NCBI GenBank assembly: GCA_965112735.1
Contig: OZ218954.1
Span: 930,001-994,000 of the forward strand
Direction of reading: 5' to 3'
Length of the DNA: 64,000 bases
DNA from: Phaeosaccion multiseriatum
Taxonomy: Eukaryota; Protista; Ochrophyta, other classes
In this document: piece after piece, positions 41,397 through 55,857 of the stretch
How positions within the stretch are numbered: the stretch's first letter is position 1
Layout: each line of letters starts with the position of its first letter
Notes under the pieces: generated by a model
Database searches by the model: none
Seen by the model: only the letters and a program-made list of their open reading frames with translations
What the model was told of the DNA's origin: nothing
Made by a program: the position numbers and the translations under genes

Positions 41397-41974
41397 TAGT
41401 CGCTCACTTTCTCAGTCAGTCAGTCTCCCAACCTGTCTTTGTTTGTCTGCCTGCCTCTCTGTCTTCGTTTCTCAACACCTCTCTCTGTCTCTCTCTTGTA
41501 CACACTCCCTGCTGTATCGCCAACTGCTGTATCACCAACTGCTGTACCTGCTCTGACATGTACCCATCCTGCCGTATCACCAACTGCTGTACTACCATCT
41601 GCCATACCTAGGCGGGGAAGCGCGACTTGTTGAAGTATCTTGCCATCCTACACCGGAAGCAGGGCGACTTACCAAGGGCTCGGCAGGCTCTGAAAGAGGC
41701 CCAAAGTGAGTGAGTCAGTCAGTCAATGAATCCTGTCTCTTCCTCTCCCTATCTCACACACACACTGTCTCTCGACCTCTCCCTCACTTGCTCACTCACT
41801 CAGTCAGTCAGCCACTAACTCCCTCCCTCTCTTCCTCCCTCCCTCCCCCTTTTTGGGGTGGTATGTGCAGAGCTGTTCCAGGGACCGGTCATGGATGGCG
41901 ACGCTGAAGCACAAGAGCTCAACAAGCTTTTGGGGGAGTGCCGCATTGACGATGTTTCCAGAGTTCACTCCTGA
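34793..41974 (+). CDS. Multi-exon TPR-repeat protein
   Basis: ATG 34793 (MVNYDKWANFHDSDDEE). TPR-like helices: EALRTRADCSSRLGLYEAAVSDLNKVL, GKALCNLGMGLLKCDNLGAADEALLEA, AAVLHKLALACAQVGDNGTAEQ, LLKYLAILHRKQGDLPRARQALKEA. Last exon 41871-41974 ends VSRVHS*. Internal exon boundaries only partly resolved. Confidence 0.75.
35847..36242. repeat. (GAGT/GGGT)n microsatellite filling a TPR-gene intron; similar tracts at 8864-9300, 33480-33675 and 38155-38217
   Basis: Direct reading; here the tract begins at the donor GTGAGT. Confidence 0.95.
41511..41593. repeat. Tandem copies of the 15-bp word just upstream of a TPR-gene 3' splice site
   Basis: gctgtatcgccaact gctgtatcaccaact gctgtac ... gccgtatcaccaact gctgtactaccatct. 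Confidence 0.9.
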
Positions 41975-42030
41975 GCAAAGGGTGTGTGTGTATGAGAGGG
42001 AGAAAGAGGGGTGGGGGGGAGGGGGAGAGA

Positions 42031-42110
<80 letters not shown>

Positions 42111-42484
42111 CAAGTAGAAGGAGGAGAGCATGGTGGCGGCGAGAGAAGAGCAGACGGATAGACGCGGGCAGAAGGCGCAGCGAGCGTGCCTGTGGGTGGG
42201 TAGAGTGCCGGGGGCTTCTGCTGCTGCTGACTGGCTCCTCGGCACATGGAGCTCAGTGCTGAGGGTGTGAGTGGCCGGCCCGATCGATCACCTTCTCCAT
42301 CCATCTCGTCGCCTTTCTTCGCCGCCATGGACAGCTTTAGTTCGTGCAAGGAAGTACCGTAATGGAAGTCACTTAAGTCAATAACAGAGGAAGTCACTTG
42401 AGTCAATAACAGCGTAGCGGTGCAGGCAGTGTATTACGAGACATCGCTACGTTACGAGCCCCCTTGAGGCCGGAAGAAGGGTTC

Positions 42485-43897
42485 TTAACCCCCCGTCGCA
42501 ACAAGGCGCCTCTCTTTCTCCTCCTCCCTCCTCTCCCCCGCCTCGTCCTCCCCCACCTCCTCCTCCTCCTCCTCCTCCTCCTCCTCCTCCTCCTCCTCCT
42601 CCTCCTCCTCCTCCTCCTCCTCCTCCTCCTCCTCCTCCTCCTCTTCCTCTTCCTCTTCCTCTTCCTCCTCCTCCTCCTCCTCCTCCTCCTCCTCCTCCTC
42701 CTCCTCCTCCTCCTTCTCCTTCTCCTCCTCCTCCTCCTCCTCCTCCTCCTCCTCCTCCTCCTCCTCCTCCTCCTCCACCTCCTCCTCCTCCTCCTCCTCC
42801 TCCTCCTCCTTCTCCTGCCCCTCCCGCCTGCTGCCAATGAGCTGCATAGCTCGCACAAAGGTCAACCCTGACACCAGGTACGTAATGGCAAATATTGTCA
42901 AGAGTACAACACGGAGGCTGCTGGCGGTGCCCTCGTCGAACCAACCTATCGGTGATACAGAGAGGGAGGGAGGGAGGGAGGGATGGGGGAGGGGGAAGGA
43001 AGGAAGGAAGGAAGGAAGGAAGAAAGAAAGAAAGAAGGAAAGAAAGAATGAGGAGGAGTGTCAGTTTCATATTCTGTTCATTACGCCCTAACACCTTATG
43101 AACATACCGATGTCGAGATGTCGAGACTGACCTCGAATAGACCGATATCGAGATGGATATCGAGTTATTCTTCCGCGTCTATCTCTCTCACTCACCGATG
43201 ACATTGGAGGAAACAGATCCGAAGATGGATATGCAAAGCATATAAAGAGCTATGGCGACGCCGTTGTGGGTTTCCGGGACGGTGTTTTGTATTAGAGCAG
43301 CACACGGCCCCATCCAACACTCGCCGAACAAGTAGGCCAGAGAGAGCAGAATTAAGCTGAGGGGAAGGGAGGGAGAGAGGGACGGGTGGAGGGAGGGAGG
43401 GAGGGAGGAACGGACGGACGGAGGGAGGGAGGGAGGGAGGGAGGGAGGGAGAGAGGAACGGACGGACGGACGGAGGGAGGGAGGGAGGGAGGGAGGGAGG
43501 GAGGGAGGGAGGGAGGGACTTAGCTAAGCTGAACTGAAGAAATGAAAGAGGTTACAGAAGTTGACCAGTTTACCTCCAGTAGAGCGAATTGACTACGAAG
43601 GCGAGCAGGAGGAAGGGTAGCGCCAGCAGCGTGCCCACGGCAGGCACAAACGCCATCCTGGACGGGGAGCTCAAGCCGCACCTAGCAGCCCACCTGGGGT
43701 ATGTAAGGATACGTAAGGATGGACAAGGGTACATAAGGGTATATGAGGGCAAGCGTAAGGGTAGGTGTGGGTTGTTGTAGGGTACACGGTAGAGGGTATG
43801 GGGTGTGCGGTAGGTGTACATGAGAGTAGGGGGTTTACGATGCTTTAGAGACGCGCACGCACTCCCCCTCCCCCCCCCCCGCCCCCCTTGCACGCAC

Positions 43898-43943
<46 letters not shown>

Positions 43944-46032
43944 GCCACCCAAGAAGGTAGACAGACTCCCACATGTCACCACGGCGAGCGCATTCCACAC
44001 CGCGTAAGTAGTATTGTCATCTGGAAAGGCTCTCGAGTAGTAAATCGCCTGTGGTCAAGCAGTGGTCAGGCAGGTGTCAAGCAGTAGGGCGAGTGGTAGA
44101 GATCAAGCAGGGGTGAGTTGTAGGGGTCAAGCAGGACTCAGTAGGGGTAAAGGAGTGGTCAAGTAGTAGTCAAGTAGTCACTCCCTCATCCTACACACTC
44201 ACCACCCCCCTTCAACTCCGTCACGCCTTCACTACCTGACTTCACCACCCCAGCCCCTCCCTCACTCCCTCCCTCACCCCCTCCCTCCCTCCCGCCCGCC
44301 CGCCCTCCCTCCCTCCCTTCCACACTCCTTTGCTCCTTCACTCCACTCACCCCGTAAGAGCTCAGTGCGACGCCTCCAAAGTACCGAACAGAGGCACAGG
44401 CCAAGAGCGTCAGGTAGGAAGGCTCAGAGAGTGCCTCCAGCAAGGAGGGGGGCATACCACCACCATCACCAGTTGGTGATACAGTACAGTCGCCCCCAAT
44501 CCCAGCAAACCGGAGCCCAGGCCGAGGGGAGTTGAAGCCGAAAGAGGCTTCCCCTCCGTCGTAAGCTGTACTGTCCGGAAGGCCAAGGCCGTGAGAGTGA
44601 GGGTGGGTTGGTACGTCTGAAAGAGGACTTATTGTTGGTCGTCTTCGCTTCTGGCCAGTTCTGCTCGCCGGTGCTGGTGCGGGTGCTGCTCTTCCTGAAT
44701 CACCAACTGCTGCTGCTTCCCTTGGCGCCTTCATTGCTGCTGCTTGACTTGGAGAGAAGCTCGGCAAGAAAGGGGCAGCTTCCTCCACTCCTCCTGCTCC
44801 TCCTCTCCCTCCTCCCCCCCCGACTATCAGTCCAATCCTCCCACGCCAACCTTTGCGGCTCCCATTGGAAGGCGAAGGAGTAGGCTCCTCCCTCCTACTC
44901 CCGCCCGTACTCTTCTTACTCGGAGTGCTGTTACTTGTGGTGCTCAGGAACAGTGCGTCAGTGCTCCCGTTCTGAGCCGGGGCGACGACTGCCGGTCGCT
45001 TCACACTCACGCGGATGAGGAGTGCGACAACGAGACCGGCCACCGCCACCACGGATACAGTGTTTCTCCACCCGATCCACAGCGCCAGGAGGATGGAGAG
45101 ACTCGCTAGTCCAGATCCAAGATAGACTCCGAGGCTGAATATTCCATTCGCTGCCGAGCGGTGGGAGCCTGAGTAGTAGCCAGCCAGCAGTGCGTAGCTA
45201 CACGGGGCGTTGAAGGACTGGGCAGCGCCTTGAATGGCCCTCCATAGCAAGAGCTCATGGTACGTGGACTGCGTTGTGGTGATGGAGGAGGAAGAGGAGG
45301 AAGAGGAGGAAGAGGAGGGGGGGGGGGGTGCTAAGGAGAAGGGGTACCGGTAGGCATGCCTGTGTGTTCTTCCCCCCCCCCCCGTCTGTAGAGAACTCTT
45401 ATATCGCTGGGGCGATGAGAGACTTGCGAACGTACCGCCGTTCCGAAGAGCAAGGCTGCGGAGCTCCAGACGACGGCGGCAGCGCTGAGCACTATCAACA
45501 CACGGAAGCGACACTTGTCCACCAACCAACCCGCAAAGAGGCCAACGAGGCAGAAGGGCACACCGTACCCCACGCCGATCAGTATGGCGTACTCCGCTTC
45601 CGTGAGGCAGCAACCGTCCAGGATGTTGTAGTAACTCGCCTCGTTGGCTTCTCGGCACTCGCTGCACTCCACTTGGCTTGTGTACGAGGAGGTGAGGGAG
45701 GAGGACTCCAGGGTCACACAGGTGGTGGAGAAAGTCACATCGCTGCACGTGTCGCTACAACCGGGTACGGTAACCGCGGCCAGGTAGCTAATGAGTCCTC
45801 TCTGAGCACAAAGCAGGACGTTGAGCAAGGTCAGGGTTCCAAGGACGTAGCCTCGGTACTCTACTCTTCTCCTCCTTCCTCCACCTGCCTTCGCCCCTCC
45901 TGCTTTCGCTATGGACTGCCATTTGAGGCCCGCAAGGCTGCTATTCTTCAACCCGCGGCTGCTCTCCACCCAGCTGTTTTGATATGACGTTTCGCGCCTG
46001 GGCAATAGGGCCTCCTTTGTCCAGGCCTCCAT
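42485..46032 (-). CDS. Major facilitator superfamily transporter (spinster-like) with poly-Glu C-terminal tail
   Basis: MFS motif A-like GLFAGWLVDKCRFR; ELLLWRAIQGAAQS; RSAANGIFSLGVYLGSG; IGWRNT; LFGECWMGP. About 6 exons at GT-AG sites. The 3' end may extend further (see findings). Confidence 0.85.
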
Positions 46033-46267
46033 ATATATCGGAAGGATGAAATCTCTGCCAGTGAACGAGATAGAGGGAGGGAAAAAAGTTCGCCGTTACA
46101 ATACGGATTTGGGATTTAGTGACTTACGGTCCCCCGGGGGGAAGATGCCAAACTGAAACGCAAACGCTTAACGACGAACTCTAGAGAGAGCTCGAGGATT
46201 ATACAATAAGAGGAGCAGAGGAGCAGAATTGGAGTCAGCCTCCTTGTAGATAGATCAGAGGCCGACC

Positions 46268-49057
<2,790 letters not shown>

Positions 49058-50000
49058 GTAGAGGCATTTGAGACGTGTGTGAGGCAGCTGCTGGAGGAGA
49101 GAGAGAGAGACGGCGTAGGGGCGGGGGGGGTGAAAGAGAGGGAGAGAGAGAGAGAGAGAGAGAGTCAGAGAGAGGGGGATAGAGAGGGAGAGAAGGTGTT
49201 TTGAGGGATCGGAGGCAGGCAGCGGCTTCAACGTTGCGTAGGTCAAGGGAAGCAGAAGAAGAGGAGGAGGAGGAGGAGGAGGGTGGCGTCTTTCGAGCGG
49301 CAGGCGTGCACCCTAGTGGGCCTATCTTCCAATTCGGTGGCTCTATCTGTGTTCTGAAACGGCCAAACGTGGTCGGGCGTATCCACCAGTGAGGAACCCT
49401 GGGTATGGACTTCGCAGCTGAGTACAAATGTCAAGTATCAAATGTATACCCATATATACATCACACACACCATCCATCGTCTCTGCGTCTCCCCCATCTC
49501 CATCGCTTCCTCTCTCTCTCTCTCTCTCTCTGTGTGAAGGGCTCAACTAAGGGCTCCTTTGGAGCAAAGATTTGTCGGCTTAAATAATATTCATGTGTCT
49601 TAAATAATATTCATGTGTCTATGTATGTGTCTCTCTAGGTCGTGTCTCGTGCGCGGCTTTGTGAAAGTTCCTCCTCCACCTGACCACCTGGTGTGCTATC
49701 AGACCACGCACACACACGGACACACACAAGCAGTGCCACACACTCACTGCTATTGCTTTTGCCGACGACGACAGCTCTCAGCTCTCTGCTATCGTTTAGT
49801 ATCTGTGGTCGTTTGGTCGGTTCTAGATTCTATTCTATTTGTCTCTCTCTCTCTCTCGGGGTCTCTTTCTCTCTTTTCTATCTTCCTCCCTCTCCCTCTG
49901 TGTTCCTGTCTATGTCCCTCTCTTTGTTTCTCTCTTCCCTCTCTCCCTTTCCTCTCCCCTTCTCTCTCCCCCCCTTGTATGTGGCCCCCATGCCTAACTG

Positions 50001-50193
50001 CTATGTGGCTTTGACCTTTCCTGACGAGGAATGGTGGTGCCGAGTGAAGGGGCGCTCGTCTGCTGCCATAAGGAGCATCAGAAATAGGGGGGCCAGCAGG
50101 TATGGTAGGTAGCTGGGTGGAGGGAGAGAACAAGGGAGGAAGGTATACGGATGCATAGGCAAGCATATAGACAGACGGACAGACAGACAGACC

Positions 50194-50229
<36 letters not shown>

Positions 50230-51690
50230 TACAGACAGACAGGCAGATAGAGGCATATGGGCAGACAGACAGACAGACAGACAGACGGGGAGGGGTGGGA
50301 AGGGGGGGTAAGTTGTGAGGGCGGGGACCGATCCGAGACTTCGCTTCAGCGTTGAGAGAGAGAACTCACCTCGCCCCTCACTGTCTCATCCACTCAACAC
50401 CTCAGCTCAGCTCTGCTCGATCAACCCACACACCCACTCAGCACACTCAGCTCAGCTCGATCAACTCACTCACCCACCCGTTCACTGACGCACGCACCCT
50501 CAGTCAGAGCCGAGATGGGAGCTGTCTCTCTCAACTCCTTAACTCCGTTCGATCAACTCCCTCCGTTCCTCCCTCCCTCCCTCCGTCCCTCCCTCATCCA
50601 CCCACTTATCCACTCACTCACCCACCCACCCATCCACCTCCCCACCCATGCATCTAACGCACCCACCAACTCACATTGCAACGAGCTTCATGCGTGCTGC
50701 GGGACTGGGCAGGGCGTCAGAGTACATGAGGTCGGCCAGGATAGGAAAGACGGTGGTGCTGGCATGGGCACCGTACATTATGCACGGTAACCTGCCGGCA
50801 TAGAGAGGCATACGGGTAGGCAGGCAGGCAGGCATGTAGGCAGGGGGGCGCGAGGCAGGCATTTATGCACGCAGGCATATGGTGAAAAGGTTGGGTTACA
50901 CTCCCCACCCCCCTCCTTGGGGAGGAGACGAGGGACAGATGCTGAGCAGGAGGTGCGTTTCATCAAGCTGAATTTGTAGTGTGTGACGCAAACGATGCTC
51001 CGCAGGGCTTGGAGGTTTAAGGTTGCGACTGATGCTGCTGCTGCTGCTTCACCAAGTGCTAGTGTTGCTCACCTGATCCAGTTACGGCCCTTGACGAAGG
51101 CGAAAGTCGCAAAGAAGAAGAAGGGGAACTGAAACACGAGTTCTAATAACACGAAGGAGCGCAACCAGCGAGGCTGCAAGCACCAGAGGAGGAGGAGGAG
51201 GAGGAGGAGGAGGAGGAGGAGGAGGAGGAGGAGGAGGAGGAGGAGGAGGATGAGAAGGAGGAAGAGAAAGAGGGAAAAGGAGAAGAGAGGAGGAAGGGAG
51301 GGGGGTAAGTAACGTCACTTCGCCACCATCTAAAAGGCGTAAGTACGGTACAGATAAGGTGGACGCCAGTCACAGCTGTATGCTCCCCTCCCCTCCCCCA
51401 CACAGTCCCCTACTCAGCCTCCAGGCCCCTGTGGCAACGACGGGCCAGGGCAGTAAACTTCTCATCCTCCTCCTCTAAACAGCTTGCGGGGGGCCCTCCT
51501 ATCGCACCCGTATCCTCACCTGGCTCTCCATGAGGTAGTCGCCATTGTGATCGACGTGGAACTGCAGCAGGGACCGGCAGCTCTCGGGGTAGAAGCGACT
51601 GAATAACACCTGCCCGTCGATCACGGCAGTCGCGAGGATGTGACTCAAGAAGAACATTATGTAGAACGCGCGCCATTTCGGAGGGATCAT
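50001..51690 (-). CDS. TMEM97: TMEM97/sigma-2 receptor (EXPERA domain) ER membrane protein, 4 exons
   Basis: FFLSHILATAVIDGQ..YPESCRSLL | PRWLRSFVLLELVFQFPFF..NWIR | LPCIMYGAHASTTVFPIL | YLPYLLAPL; C-terminal KVKAT fits a KxKxx ER-retrieval signal. Exons 2 and 4 are not in the supplied ORF track. Confidence 0.88.
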
Positions 51691-51726
51691 CCCTCCCTCC
51701 TTCCCTTCCCTCCCTCTTGTCTCTCT

Positions 51727-51758
<32 letters not shown>

Positions 51759-51780
51759 CTCTATCTCTCTCTCACACACA

Positions 51781-51827
<47 letters not shown>

Positions 51828-51960
51828 CCGTTGTCCTCTCTGTCTGCTGCCTGCCTCTCCCCCCCCCCGTTCCAGAGTTTACTTTTACGCCCTGGCGGCC
51901 CCCTCGGGGCGTGTGTGGGACCGCCCGAGAAAACAAAGAGGAAAGAGACGCACCGCGAGG

Positions 51961-54956
51961 ATGTTGTCTCGCATAGCAAGAACGGTGACGGGCCAGGTGA
52001 GGAGTGGGTGCGGCTTGCTGTGGTGCAACAGGAAAAGCAGATCGCCAGAGAGCGAGAACGGAGGAGATATTGCTCACGCAGGGTTTGGGAAGATGCAGAG
52101 AGAGAGGGAGGAGGATGGGGGAAGGGGAAGAGGCGAAGAGGAGGGAGTGGTCAGTGGAGAGTACCTCCTCGTGTATGAACGTATGGTGGCGCCCAAGGCT
52201 GTGCTGTAAGAGCAGCAAAAGCGGCAGCAGGTGGAGGATCAGGACGAATCACGAAAGCCAAGGCTTGGTGCTGTTCTCTGCACGCAGCAGCAGCAGATAG
52301 AGTAGCAGCTATCTCGGCTTTCACCTGGGATGTAGAAGCTCATCGCATACGTCGCGAGCTCTCCCACACTCTCAGCCAGTGGCTGTGCTTGCTTTATCCT
52401 TCTCACCCGCATTTCCTTCCCTTTCCCTCTCAACTTTTTACGCTCCTTTCTTCTCGACTGAGCAGGTCCCACGGACCGGCGCGCACCGGTCAATGGCGAC
52501 TGTGAAGATGACTGTCCGAGAGGCTCTGAATAGCGCGCTAGACGAGGAGATGGCCCGGGATGAGAAGGTGTACCTCATGGGAGAGGAGGTTGCGCAGTAC
52601 CAGGGGGCGTACAAAGTCACCAAGGGACTTTACCAGTAAGTTGCCAACGTATTGTATTTAAGAGGGAGGAGGAGGTTTAAAGCTTGTTTTCTGTGTTCTT
52701 GTGTTTTATACTCGTGCAACCCTTGGAATGCGAAGTGGGGGCTAGTGGGCAAGCACGGGGCTAGTCGGCGACCACACCCCGTGGTGCCTCCCCTCCCCGT
52801 CCCCTTCCTTAATGTTCTTGTTGGTGTCTTCTGACCCACCCCGTTTCTCTCTCTCCCTCCCTCTCTCCCTCCCTCCCTCCCTCCCTCTCTTTCTCTCTAT
52901 CTGTTTGTCTCTTCGTTGCTGACTGAATGACTCCGACTCTTTTGCCCGTGAAGAAAATATGGGGAGAAGCGAGTCATCGACACTCCCATTACAGAGATGG
53001 GTTTTGCAGGAATCGCCACAGGGTCGGCTTACAAAGACTTGAGGCCTGTTGTCGAGTTTATGACCTTCAACTTCTCCATGCAAGCCATAGATCAGATAAT
53101 CAACAGCGCAGCCAAGCAGGTCAGCAGGAGAAGGAAGAGGAGGGGGGGGGGGGGGGGCTGGCACGTTCACCTACCTACCGACCTACCATTGGCGCGTGAC
53201 TGGGAAGTAAAGGGGATACATGAGCTAAAGGAGGCCCATCTCTCCCCCTTTCTTCTCTCCATATCCCTCTCTCGTTCTCCATCTCTCCCCACTCTCTCGC
53301 ATTCCGAAACGCACGCCTGTCTGCTGCCCTTCTTTCTCCTGGTTGCTGCGTTCCCGTTTCTCACACTCCGCGTCTTCACCCCCGTTCTTGCCCCCACCAG
53401 TCTCACCCCCGTTCTTGCCCCCACCCCCCCGCACCTCTCTTCGTTATCCTCCTTCCTTCCTTCCTTCCTTCCTTCCTTCCTTCCTTCCTTCCTTCCTTCC
53501 TTCCAATGTGTATATCGTATGCATGTATATATGTGTATAGCTCTACATGAGTGCAGGGAACATTCCCTGTCCGATAACATTCCGCGGCCCCAACGGCATT
53601 GCCGCCGGAGTGGCTGCTCAGCACTCGCAATGCTACGCAGGGTGGTACAGCTCCGTCCCGGGCCTCAAGGTGTGTTGGAGTGATGAAGCAAGTCAGTGAC
53701 TCAGCTCTCTGTTTCTTTCTCTCTTCTTCTTCTCTCGCTCTCTCTCTCTTCTTCTCCTCTCGCTCTCTCGCTCTCTCGCTCTCTCTCTCTCTCTCTTCTC
53801 CTCTCTCCCCCTCTCTCTCTCTTCTCCCCGACTCTCCCTCTCTTGTCAGTCAGTCAGTCAGTCAGCCCATTGGTAGGTAGGTGTGCCGCTGTCTGTCACA
53901 ACTTGGTCTAATTCAATCATGACATTCAACGAATGCTCAACCCTTCCCTGACTTGCGCCAGGTGGTGAGTCCGTACAACAGCGAAGACGCCAAGGGTTTA
54001 ATGAAGGCAGCGATCCGAGACCCCAACCCTGTGGTAGTGCTCGAGAACGAACTACTCTACGGTGTGAGCTACGACATGAGTGATGAGGCACAGGGAGAGG
54101 ACTTTGTCATCCCCATCGGCCAGGCCAAGACTGAGATTGAGGGGACCGACGTGACCATAGTAGCACACAGTAAGGCGGTGCAGACAAGCCTGGATGCGGC
54201 GATTAAGCTCAAGGAGGAGGATGGGCTGTCGGTGGAGGTGATTAACCTGCGTTCGCTGCGGCCTTTGGACTACGGAGCTGTGATCAAGAGTGTGAAGAAG
54301 ACGCATAGGCTTGTGTGCGTGGAGGAAGGGTGGCCGCAGAACGGTGAGGATATGGGTAGGGAAGGAAGGGAAGGGAAGGAAAGGAAGAGAAGGGAAGGGA
54401 AGGGAAGGGAAGGGAAGGGAGGGGAAGGGAGGGAGGGGAGGGGAGGGGAGGGAACAGGAAGTGAAGCAAGAGGAACGGAGGAAACCATACTGATTGATGG
54501 ATTGCTTTGCAGAAGGGAAAAGGAAGGAGGGTGAGAAGTACGGAAGGAAGGGAAGGGGGCCAAGGAAGGGAATCAAGGGAGGGGGGAAGGAAGGAGAGAA
54601 AGCAGATAAAGCAGATGAGTCAAAGGATTTATTGCTTGGGGGGTGCTTTCGCAGATTTGGCGCGAGGCACGAACGTGATGGAAGGAGTTTCATTTGACTT
54701 ATGGGATTCAACCTAAGAATTACGTATGTCCCCCCCCCCCCCTCCCGTCCCTCCCTCTCCTCCCCCAGGCATTGGTGCCGACATTGCAGCCAACATGGTG
54801 GAGGGAGACACCTTTGACTACCTTGACGCTCCCATCGAGAGGGTGTGCCAGGCGGACGTGCCCATGCCCTACGCACTGAACTTGGAAATGATGTCTGTAC
54901 CACAAGTCGCCGATGTCATGTCCACGGTCCGGCGGGTGTGCTACAGGAGTAAGTAA
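51961..54956 (+). CDS. PDHB: Mitochondrial pyruvate dehydrogenase E1 beta subunit, 6 exons
   Basis: Exons 51961-51996 (presequence [12 protein letters not shown]), 52466-52635, 52954-53119, 53541-53669, 53962-54343, 54769-54956. Motifs: [71 protein letters not shown]. Confidence 0.97.
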
Positions 54957-55677
54957 GTCAGCAAGTCCGTAAGTCAGTGAGTTCGTGAGCTAAAAGGAGC
55001 TAAAGGAACAAGTCCGTTGTACCATCGGGAGGCTTCGTCCGTCATGGAAAAGGGCTCTCTTAAAAAAAGAAAACAAAGAGTTGCCCTTTGTATTGGAAGC
55101 GCACGCGGAGAGCGTAGGAGCATTCATTCATCACAAAACCCCGACTTGCCTCGAGCGTTCCCCGGACGCACCAGTGTCAGATCCAAGCCGGGATGGGCGG
55201 GGGTACTTGCCCGGGCGGTTCATAAGCTGAAAGCGAAGATGAAGCATCGTCGGAGGTATATATACGTCTCTCTGCCTCTGATGCAAGCCGTTGTGATGTA
55301 CTTCTCTCTCTCTCTCTCTCTTGCTGGTCACGAGGGGGGTCCACTCACTTGGAAACGGGCTTTCATGTAGTCGACAGTCGGCAGGCTCCCTCCTCGAAAA
55401 GGTGTTCTGTATTTATACTATTTACTGTTCAGCTGGAACTAAAACTGCTACATGTATACCAAAAACGACATGTGACACACAAATACAAGCTTCCGTCGCG
55501 TAGGCTACAGAGCCTTCGCACAACTGACTTGTGCACACACAACCACCCCCTCTTTATCATACATGACAACACGGGGAAGGAAGGAAGCAGAGAACGACAG
55601 CACCCGTCCCCCATCCTTTCCATTCCCCGTCTCTCTCTCCTCTCCTCTCCTCTCCTCTCCTCTCCCATCGCTCTCCA

Positions 55678-55810
55678 TCAAGTGGCGGTGCTACCCCCGG
55701 GGGCTGCGTACGTCAGCATCCCCTCCATTGTCCCAACGCCATGAGTGAGTGGCCTCAGCTGCTGCTGCTGCTGCTGCGGTTGTTGTTGTTGTTGTTGTTG
55801 CTGTTGTTGT

Positions 55811-55857
<47 letters not shown>

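Noticed and set aside
25782-41593. Tandem 15/21-bp arrays as a CRISPR array
   Set aside because: Units are contiguous and short with no unique spacers, no cas genes are present, and the context is eukaryotic introns.
5855-44710. TATCACC as a lambda operator half-site or vector/adapter contamination
   Set aside because: No second half-site; copies are variably degenerate and sit in frame within native exons. Raw-read confirmation is still advisable.
51950-52345. Small spliced minus-strand gene starting MSFYIPG
   Set aside because: The region is better explained as PDHB exon 1 and intron 1; no coherent product emerges.
52230-52385. TPP riboswitch in the PDHB intron (CTGAGA and CCTGATC seen)
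   Set aside because: Both motifs are on the antisense strand, and the rest of the aptamer consensus and spacing is missing.
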